The notes under the pieces are model-generated. The model was not told where the DNA came from and did not search any database. It saw only the letters and a list, made by a program, of their open reading frames with translations. DNA of 38,400 nt, taken from positions 1 to 38,400 of the forward strand of contig NIVC01003942.1 in the NCBI GenBank assembly GCA_002269645.1. Direction: 5' to 3'. Source of the stretch: Macrostomum lignano (lineage: Eukaryota). Shown here in pieces: positions 12,427 through 22,255 of this stretch. The first letter of the stretch is position 1. Each line of letters starts with the position of its first letter. Position numbers and translations under genes: made by a program.

Positions 12427-13039
12427 CTCTACATATATTCTCTATTGATGCTCTGGTAATTCTACCCCTTAGTGTGTAATGGATAGCCATTCATGCAAAC
12501 AATAATTACGCAAAAATTCACCCCTCCCCTCAAGAAATCAGACTACATATAAAAAGCAAATCTGACAGTGTCAGAGACCGCACGGCAGTGCCGCGAACTC
12601 CCTGCATGGCAACCAACACAGCCACTCACTCCATAGGCATTGCACTAAGAGTTCATCTCCCCCCCCCCTAAGACGCGACCCCGCATTCTTTATTCTGTAT
12701 GCAGCTCAATGCTCAATGCTCAGTTTAGTGTGAGAAATCAGCTCAGCTTGGGTTAGTAGAAATGCACAGTACGCATGACTTCGCAGCGGTCCAGTGCCGC
12801 AGCTGCACTTAATTACTGTAAGAGTATGCAGCTGCCATGCTGCTACCGACCTCTGTTGAGGGGACTGGCATGCTCCTGTCACTCATCTTCTGTCTGACAA
12901 TAATGGCAGGCATTGCCAGAACATTTTTTTAATAAGTTCTGCAGAATATAACTGGTAGGTTTAAGTCGCTTGGTATGGGACCATCTTATTTTGTCTTCTA
13001 ATATCGCCCAAAATTCCCTCTACTCACTAGACGGATAGA

Positions 13040-13541
13040 GCATAGCTGAATAATCTCACCCTTCAGAGCATAGCTGGATAATCTCACCTTTCCTGATCTA
13101 GCTGGATAATCTCACCCTTCTTAATCTAGCTGGACAATCTTACCCTTCCTGATCTAGCTGGATAATCTCACCCTTCCTAATCTAGCTGGATAATCTCACC
13201 CTTCCTGATCTAGCTGGATAATCTCACCCTTCAGAGCATAGCTGGATAATCTCACCCTTCCTGATCTAGCTAGATAATTTCACCCTTCTTAATCTAGCTG
13301 GACAATCTTACCTTTCCTGATCTAGCTGGATAATCTCACCCTTCCTGATCTAGCTGGATAATCTCACCCTTTCTAATCTAGCTGGATAATCTCACCCTTC
13401 AGAGCATATCTGGATAATTCCACCCTTCCTAATCTAGCTGAATAATCTCATCCTTCCTAATCTAGCTGGATAATCTCACCCTTCCTGATCTAGCTGGATA
13501 ATCTCACCCTTCCTGATCCAGCTGGATAATCTCACCCTTCA
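13040..13541. repeat. 28-nt minisatellite CTAGCTGGATAATCTCACCCTTCCTGAT, ~18 copies, with 168-bp higher-order structure
   Basis: Tandem copies; the variant CAGAGCA recurs at 13064, 13232 and 13400. Confidence 0.93.
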
Positions 13542-14497
13542 GAATTTGTGGGTGAGCACAAACAGTGGAGTTCACCTATGAGTCAGCAATAAAAGTTGTA
13601 CTTCTAAATATTTTGCCTATCTTTCCAAAACTATCATTGCTTTTGCTATCTAAGCTCTCAAGCATAAGAGATTCACTTTTGGACAAAAATTGTCAACAAG
13701 CTGTTTTTTGCTTTTGTTAGATAAAGTTATATCAGCAAACCACTCAAGTCAACCACGTATAGCTCGTAGTTATCGCCAAAGAATACGTTTAGTTACAAGA
13801 ATAAAAACATAAAATACCCTTAATGTAAACAGTTGGGGCATCAGTTATCAATCAACTAGACATGGACAAAGTCATGACCGCGATGCAGAGAAATAGCTGT
13901 GTGTACCGAATCTAAAATGCAATTGCTCTACTTAGCAATGCGCGGCGAAGTACATCTGATGCTAAAAAACTCTTAATTGGGGAAGCAGATATGACAGCGC
14001 AAGTTTCACGCATTCGAAGCAAGAGAAGTGTCACCTGTACATGCAAATAAGTGGGTGCCATTGCCGAAAGCATTCTATGAGCACTTCTCAATCTGTGAAA
14101 GATCTTGGAAAGATCTGTGCTAAATTGGGCTAAAGGTTGGAATTATTCAGTTTTTGCTGACAGTTAGTCTGAAATAATGCTAAAATAGAAAAAACGGGTT
14201 TCTTCCTATTCAGTTTGAAACTTCAGAGGATGGGAGTGTAGGAAAAATGACCAGTCTCGGTAATATTTAATGACGTCTGGTTAGGGTCACATTTTTACAG
14301 TTAATAAATTCACCTGAACCAATAAATACTGTAAAATGTAATGTAAATATAATGTAATATAATGTAAAATATGATTCCAAATACACTAATTTAATGAATA
14401 ACATGCCCGTATTTACATCAAAATCAGCACTTTGATCGAGTGTCCTTTAAAAGGCAGGCACAAGGAGGCGCTGACAACACAGAGCAATTCCAGTAGG

Positions 14498-15207
14498 TCA
14501 ATGGCCGCTCTCCTCCTCCACCTTGTACAGAGCATTCTTGGCCCGCTTGGTCGCCTGTCTGGCCAGAACGTCGTGGAAGCTTTGAGAAGGCTCTGTTGCA
14601 TTGAGCGAGGAACTTGATGCAGAAAATCGGGACAAATGGCTCGTATCCCTGGCCGTAGGTCTGCTTCTACCGGCTCTGGCTGGGTCGGCTGTAACTGGTC
14701 TGAGAACTGTTTGCTGAATCGGTCTTCCAGATGGCGTTTTCGGATTTCCGGAGACATCGCCAACACTGTAGCTTCGTTTTAGTCGATCCGCAGTTCTTAG
14801 AACTGCGGTGGCCGCAATGTTCATGCCTTGTTGTCCAACTTCAAATAGCACTTCGCATCCCTTGTTGGAAGCGGAAGCTATGTATCGTTCAATCTCGTTT
14901 TCGTGCTTCAACAGATTTGGATGAATTATGCGTCTGTACAGAAAACTGGAACCTCTTGTCATTGGAGCACCATCCAAAGCACAAATAGGATCTTTGCTTC
15001 ATTATAGAGCGGAAGCCAGCAAAGCAAAATGTCAGTTACAACTTCAACCGCTGTAAATGCTGCGAATACAATCCAGTACATCATCCACTTAACCTGTTCG
15101 TATCCATCACGCTTATTAAGCGCTTTGTAAGACGAGAATGCAGGATAAAGTACTCCAAAAAGTATAATGATGCAGCGATAAACAGTTGATGTCAGTATGT
15201 ACAACAT
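14498..15207 (-). CDS. REEP: Intronless REEP1-4 subfamily (DP1/Yop1, TB2/HVA22 domain) ER-shaping protein, ~236 aa, one apparent 1-nt deletion at ~14968
   Basis: MLYILTSTVYRCIIILFGVLYPAFSSYKAL..KWMMYWIVFA..DILLCWLPLYNEAKILFVLWMV|APMTRGSSFLYRRIIHP..ENEIERYI..GQQGMNIAATA..RLKRSYSVGD is colinear with the REEP1-4 signature (FGTLYPAY, WMMYWIVFA, WFPFYYELK, SPYTKGS.LYRKFVHP, RSFSMQD). ORFs 14959-15375 and 14498-14977 join if one base is restored (ATG GTG [G]CT CCA). Confidence 0.88.
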
Positions 15208-15770
15208 TACATTAATTTCTTCAATGGAGATTGACCAGAAGAAAAACGATCTCCGTCTTCTGGAAAATGTTTTTAATGCAAAGAAAAATTGTGGCTGAAA
15301 TTTCCAAATTAAAAAGGTAGTTACTTTACCAACCGTAAAAATCCACAGAAAAAGCTCAAAAATGTAAAAACCCAAAAAATCAAAGCAAATTTATTAGAAA
15401 AGCATATTTTTTCGTCTAAAAAGGCTAAAAACGAATAATGCAGTGTTAAACTCATATTAAAATGAGTTTGAGTTAAACTCAAATTTAAATAGTGCTTTCT
15501 TAGAAAGTTCACGATAATCTAATGGCCATCAGCATAAGTACTGCATAGCATACCTACGTAAATGCTCATGGGTTATGGCATGCCAATCACGCACAGAATG
15601 AAGAAATTCGATCTAATTGAAACTGAGAGCAGGGATTAAGCCGTCCATCCTGCTGGGCGCTTGAATATTTTACTCATATGTATTTATTATATATTTAATT
15701 TTATAACTTTTACTATTATTGTTCCTGATGTGATATTCTGATATTTTCATTATGTCATTATGACTTATGG

Positions 15771-16137
15771 CAGGGGCGTCGCCACTGGGGGGACAAGGGG
15801 ACATGTCCGTCCCCCAGTATAAGCTATATGGGGGATGGCAATGCTTTGCCCCCCACCCCACCTTCACCCTGTGAGGCTGCTGTGACCCATTGTGGAAATC
15901 AATAATTTTGTTTCAGAACGCTAAAATATAGCACCTGCGGCACCAAAATGAGTGACTGCGGCGCTAAAATGAGTGTCTGCAGTGCCAAAATGAGTGCCTG
16001 TGACACTAAAATGAGCACTGACAACTCCAATTCTCAAAATAATGTACATGTAATAGATTTAGGAATTTTGTCCTGTAGCTGTACATAATACGAAGAATTC
16101 TTGATCCCCCTAACAAAAAACTATGACAAAGCCCCTG
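15771..16137. mobile_element. Degenerate MITE-like element with CAGGGGC termini, an internal G/C hairpin and five degenerate 21-nt repeats
   Basis: Left end CAGGGGCGTCGCCA; right end reverse complement CAGGGGCTTTGTCA; hairpin GGGGGAC..GGACATGTCC..GTCCCCC; AAAATGAGTG-type repeats at ~15923-16025. No TSD seen. Confidence 0.45.
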
Positions 16138-17329
16138 GTAAGTATATTATATTTATGATCCATTGTTTTTTATAAGTTATATAATTGTTTTAACTCTTAA
16201 TTCTTGGTAAAACAAATAGTTTTTGGAACTTAAATACAGTGACTGATTTAGGGAGAAGGCACACAGGGTATGCACCCCCTGTTGAGCTTGAATTTTTTAT
16301 ATAGAAAATGCACATTATTGTGTACGTATACATGTACATTATTTACATATATATGTACCTTAGTAATCTGTGTCCCTATTTAATATTTTCTAGATATGCA
16401 CCTGGCTTAATATTCAAAATATTTTAAAAACAAATTATTGTTTTAGATAATTTAGTGTTATTATATTTAAGGCAATTTTTATTATTTTGCTAATAATAAA
16501 AAACTATTACTAATGAAATATATGTATAATATAATGTAAATGAAAAATAAAATTTTTTATTACAATATAGGTAAAGGAATTTTTTGGGAAGCATACCTAT
16601 CTATACAAAATGTTTCTAAAATACTTTTATATATTTATGTTTAATATCAATTTTGAAATCTGGCAAAAAGACTAAATTTTTTTTTGACTAAAGTCAAAAG
16701 TTCTATAGCCCCTTGTGCCTTAGATCAGTAGACCCCTTTGACCTTCTAGATCTGCCATTTAGTAAAGTTCTACTCTGTCTCTCCAATTTTATGATATAGA
16801 AATCAATTTAATATCTGTTTTTTCATTTATAAGGGGTCATGACCTTCTATATTACCTTAGGAGAAGTGAGTTGACCCCTTGGACCTCTATCCTAGATCTA
16901 CTCATTATACTATACACTATATACATTATATATACATGTGATAAATTATAAAATGAATGTACTATAAAATGTTATTAATTCTAATTTTGCTTTTGGTTAT
17001 TGGTAAGAATCAAATCAAAATGTAATTAAATATTTTTTGTAATAAATAACTTTTATGTAAAAAAAATAATTGATAAACTTCTTAGGTTTAGTTAGTTAGT
17101 TTTTGACTAACAGGGGGCTGTGTGCATCTTGGTGCACTTCAAGTGACATTGTTATACAACTGGTAAGATGCATTATTGCCCATTCCAATAACTCCCCTAA
17201 GCAGACACAAGTGTACTACAATGCGATGTATGTACTACAAGCTATCTAAGTAGGACTTCATCATTAATATTGATACACTGGGGTTCCCCCGCAGCTGCTC
17301 CACCCCAACGGGCGGCTGCCCCGCCCTGA

Positions 17330-19962
17330 ATGGCTGCCCGGGTGAGTCCAGCTGACGTCACTGCCGAGCCGTCGCCACCGCCGCCGCTGCCCCGCACCAG
17401 ACGGGAGCTCCGATCCGGCCGCCTGCTCGCCCTCTGCCATTTGAAGCCGCCAGCGCCGGCTCCTGGCGCCTCAACGTCGGCCTCGCGCTCGTCCTCGCCC
17501 TGCACTCGCCGCATCGCCTTTCTCTTCCACGGCGTCGGCGGCAGCGTCGACGTGTTCCGTCACCAGGTGCCGCTGCTGCTGCGCCTCGGCTTCGAGGTGG
17601 TCGCCCAGGACCTCCTCGGCCATGGGGCCAGCGGCACCTCGTCGAACCCGGACGACTTCAGCTTCACCGCCCTGCGGCGGGACGCCGTCCGCCTGTTCGA
17701 CGAGCTCGCCGCGCCCGACGGTGACAACATCCTGCTGGGGCACTCCTATGGCACCTCCTTTGTGACCTACCTGTGCCACGAGCGGTCTCGCATGGTGCGC
17801 TGGAGAGAATTTTTACTGTGTGGAAAACTCTGTGGCTTGAAATTCCCCTAGTGGATTATCTGTGCCTTGAAATTCCCCTAGTGGATTATCTGTGCCTTGA
17901 AATTCCCCTAGTGGATTCTCTGTACCTTGAAATTCCCCACTGGATTATCTGTACCTTAAATTCCCCACTGGATTATTTGTACCTTGAAATTCCCCACTGG
18001 ATTATCTGTGCCTTGAAATTCCACTAGTGGATTATCTGTCCCTTGAACTTCCCCTAGTGGATTATCTTTATCTTGAAATCCCCACTGAATTATCTGTGTC
18101 TTGAAATTCCCCATTGGATTTGATTATATGTGTATTGAAATTCCCCTAGTCGATTAACTGTGCCTTGAAATTCCCCACTGGATTATCTGTGTCTTAAAAT
18201 CCCCACTGTAGATTGTATTTGTCTCGAACTCCCGTATTAAACTGTGTCTTGAAGTCACTTTGGATTATCAGTGTCTCAATGTAGTTATTGAGTCTGCGCC
18301 CCCAGCAACCGCAAACCCACCGCTTGCCCTGCCACCCCGCAGGTGACGCTGGCAATCCAGCTTGCCGGCGGCGGCCCCAACGCGCTTGGCAACGAGCCGG
18401 GCAGCGTGTTCTCCTGCTGCACCTGCTTCTTCGTGTGCGCCGGGCCCGCCCTGCGCTGGCTGGTCCGCAGGCGGCTTTTCCGCCCCCACGGCCCGGCCAG
18501 CGGCTCCGACAGGCGGCTGGCGTTCGGCGTTGGCGCGCGCGAGTTCAAAATGACAATGAACGGGCAGTGCTGGGCTCTCGGGGACGAGATCTACCATGCC
18601 GAGGTTGGTCATTAACGATAATAACGATAATTCATACCCAGAGGGTGTACAGCAGCCCTGACTTTCTAATCGTCAGGCATGTGCACTCTCTGCGCCTTGG
18701 GGGTCCCAAGAACCGGCCCAATCCGCTGTGAGAATCGCCATAATTCCGCCCCAATCCGCCCGAGAACCGCCCCAATCCGCTCCGTGAACCGCCCCAATCC
18801 GCCCGTGAACCGCCCCAATCCGCCCGAGAACCGCCCCAATCCGCCCGAGAACCGCCCCAATCCGCGCCGAGAACCGCCCCAAGAACCGTCCTGAGAACTG
18901 CCCCAATCCGCTCCGAGAACTGCCTCAATCCGCCCTGAGAACCGCCCCAATCCGCCCCGTGAACCGCCCCAATCCGCTCCGAGAACCGCCTCAATCCGCT
19001 CCGAGAACTGCCCCAATCCGCCCCGTTAACCGCCCCAATCCGCTCCGAGAACCGCCTCAATCCGCCCTGAGAACCGCCCCAATCCGCCCCGTGAACCGCC
19101 TCAATCCGCCCCGTGAACTGCCCCAATCCGCTGTGAGAACCGCCCCAATCCGCTGTGAGAACCGCCCCAATCCGCTGTGAGAACCGCCCCGATCCGCTGT
19201 GAGAACTGCCCCAATCCGCTGTGAGAACTGCCCCAATCCGTTGTGAGAACTGCCCCAATCCGCTGTGAGAACCGCCCCAATCCGCTGTGAGAACTGCCCC
19301 AATCCGCTGTGAGAACCGCCCCAATCCGCTGTGAGAACCACCCCAATCCGCTGTGAGAACCGCCCCAATCCGCTTTGAGAACCGCCCCAATCCGCTGTGA
19401 GAACCGCCCCAATCCGCTTTGAGAACCGCCCCAATCCGCTGTGAGAACCGCCCCAATCCGCTGTGAGAACCGCCCCAATCCGCTTTGAGAACCGCCCCAA
19501 TCCGCTGTGAGAACCGCCCCAATCCGCTGTGAGAACCGCCCCAATCCGCTTTGAGAACTGCCCCAATCCGCCCACAGCCACTGTCGCCAACCCCCCGCTC
19601 CCCGCCAGCTGCGCACTCCAACTCTGCTTCTGCACGGCGAGTTCGACCGGCTGATCCCGCTGGAGGACCAGCAGTGGATGCAGCAGACCCTGGGCGGCCC
19701 CAGCCAGCTGGTCACGGTGCCCAACGCTGGTCACATGCTCATGCTTGAGCAGCCGGCCGCGGTGAACGCCCACATCGCCGAGTTCATCGCCTCGGTGGCT
19801 GGCGCCGGCTCCGCCACTGCTGCAGCCTCCGTCTCCGCTGCGGCCGATGCCACTGCTGAGTTGTCGCAGTCGCGACCTCCACCGCCGCCTAAGTCGATGA
19901 AGAGTCGGCGAAACGGCTCGGTGAAGTCGCTGCCCTGCGGCTCCCAGCTGCTTCGGTACTGA
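17330..19962 (+). CDS. ABHD8: ABHD8-like alpha/beta-hydrolase, 359 aa; exons 17330-17794, 18343-18603, 19609-19962
   Basis: FLFHGVGGS, VVAQDLLGHGAS, GHSYG (nucleophile Ser), AGGGP, MNGQCWALGDEIYHAE, LLLHGEFD (Asp), GHMLMLEQP (His) match the ABHD8 motif order. All introns are GT-AG, phase 0. An in-frame TGA lies immediately before the ATG. Strong GC3 bias. Confidence 0.92.
17838..18250. repeat. 30-nt intronic minisatellite GAAATTCCCC(T)AGTGGATTATCTGTGCCTT, ~14 copies, decaying toward the 3' end
   Basis: Tandem copies inside ABHD8 intron 1. Confidence 0.9.
18710..19575. repeat. 22-nt intronic minisatellite GAGAACCGCCCCAATCCGCTGT, ~39 copies
   Basis: Tandem copies inside ABHD8 intron 2. Confidence 0.93.
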
Positions 19963-20477
19963 CTTTCTCCATCTGATTTGAGCAAGTTTTGCTCACTTGA
20001 GTGCTTGCGAACTGTCTCTCTCCGGACGTGTCACTATTTTATCCGTTTATAATTTGTTTTAAAGATACTCGCGTTTCTTTCTATTTTTGAAATAGAGAAT
20101 TTCTATCCTCTTTATATCCCACTTGAATGCCAGTTTGTTTGATCAACGAATAATAATAATAACTGAAATTTTCTTAAATTTCTACTAGTCCATATGCATA
20201 TTTATTTTCTATTCGTGCTCATTCGGCACTACTTTCCGGCTTATCAGTAGTATCACTAGACTAGATATCTATTTTACTCAAATTTCTTCTCTTGTGATGA
20301 ATGAACTAAAGCGCATTTATAAGTTTGCTTGGTACATAACTTTATTAGATGAAATGCATATTTATCTGTTAATTAGTGTATGGAATCTGTATTCGGACTT
20401 TAACTGGAATTATTTGTAGCCAAAATTACCTTTGGAACACTTATATTTAATACTTTATTCTCTGCTCATTTCCTTCT

Positions 20478-20890
20478 CCGTCACCCACCTGATAACCCCT
20501 CCGTCACCCACCTGACAACCCCTCCGTCCCCACCCGACAACCCCTCCGTCACCCACCCGACAACCCCTCCGTCACCAACCTGACAACCCCTCAGTCACCC
20601 ACCTGACAACCCCTCAGTCACCCACCCGACAACCCCTCCGTCACCAACCTGACAACCCCTCAGTCACCCACCCGACAACCCCTCCGTCACCAACCTGACA
20701 ACCCCTCAGTCACCCACCCGACAACCCCTCCGTCACCAACCTGACAGCCCATCAGTCACCCACCTGACAACCCCTCCGTCACCAACCTGACAACCCCTCA
20801 GTCACTCACTCGACAACCCCTCCGTCACCCACTCGACAACTCCTCCGTCACCAACCTGACAACCCCTCAGTAACCCACCTGACAACCCCT
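20478..20890. repeat. 23-nt minisatellite CACCCACCTGACAACCCCTC(C/A)GT, ~18 copies, partly alternating A/B 46-bp dimers
   Basis: Tandem copies; alternation visible at ~20620-20760. Confidence 0.92.
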
Positions 20891-21451
20891 TAGTTCCCAG
20901 TCTAAGAGCCGAACTGTATCAAGCAACTCATTCCCTGTTAATTTCTCAGAACTCTCTCGAGCAGCCTTTGTGACTTGCGCCTTTCAAAAAGACTAGTTTC
21001 AAATATCACAGATTTATTTCAATTTTTTACATTGTTCTATAAATGTACTTTACTTATTTCAAGCCAATGTGCGCTGTAACTCACTGTCAAAACCTGCTAC
21101 TCTATACTGAATGGTATGCTAGTGTACCATTGGCATTGCTATGGCCCACTCTGATGCTACTCTCCGTTTGACCAGCTTCATGCCAAGTTCATGCACTTTT
21201 TATTAAACACCGTTTGAGGCATAAATTGACTTGCAAACAGTCTGTTTGCGTCAGGGTTTAATACAACCTGTTTATTTACACAATCACCTATTTGAACAAT
21301 CCTTGATTATCTGTGACTAACTCCATTAAACAGCGATTGCACATTTGGCCGCTTCAAGGCCTGAATTGTTTTAATTCTTACACTGGATTTTCATTTTAAA
21401 CTCTTGTGTTTTTTTATTTAGCTTTGTCTCAGTTATTTACTTGAATGCGGG

Positions 21452-21950
21452 ATGTGTGCGGCACTCCCAGATCCCCAGGCTGTGTGCGGCACTCCCAGAT
21501 CCTCAGGCTGTGTGCGGCACTCCCAGATCCTCAGGCTGTGTGCGGCACTCCAGATCCTCAGGCTGTGTGCGGCACTCCCAGATCCCCAGGCTGTGTGCGG
21601 CACTCCCAGATCCCCAGGCTGTGTGCGGCACTCCCAGATCCCCAGGCTGTGTGCGGCACTTGCAGATCCTCAGACTGTGTGCGGCACTCGCAGATCCTCA
21701 GGCTGTGTGCGGCACTTGCAGATCCTCAGACTGTGTGCGGCACTCGCAGATCCTCAGACTGTGTGCGGCACTCGCAGATCCTCAGACTGTGTGCGGCACT
21801 CCCAGATCCTCAGGCTGTGTGCGGCACTCGCAGATCCTCAGACTGTGTGCGGCACTCACAGATCCTCAGGCTGTGTGCGGCACTCGCAGATCCTCAGGCT
21901 GTGTGCGGCACTCGCAGATCCTCAGGCTGTGTGCGGCACTCGCAGATCCC
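21452..21950. repeat. 28-nt minisatellite CTGTGTGCGGCACTC(C/G)CAGATCCTCAGG, ~18 copies
   Basis: Direct tandem copies. Confidence 0.93.
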
Positions 21951-22255
21951 TAGTTGCTGGGTCAGTCTCCCAGACCCTCAGGTTCAGATCCCCAGCTGTT
22001 GGACCGACACCAATCTTACGAACATAAATCTGACGGGCTGATAAGTTTCATGCGGAAATCTTAAAAGATGCGCTTGCCATGATGTTGTTTGGTGTTTGGT
22101 ATTTGTAGACTTTGGCACGGATGAATCAATAGTCTGTGGTCAGAACTCTGCAGCTCTATGCTGAAGTTACAATGCTCTTCTGGTTAATGCAATTTTACAT
22201 CTAAAGCCCCAATCCGAATCGGTATTTGCAATCGGTTTGCCGAGCTCGCCAGGCC

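Noticed and set aside
14959-15375. Upstream ATG at 15375 extending REEP by 56 aa
   Set aside because: The extension is Phe-rich AT-biased sequence without REEP similarity; homology begins at the ATG at 15207.
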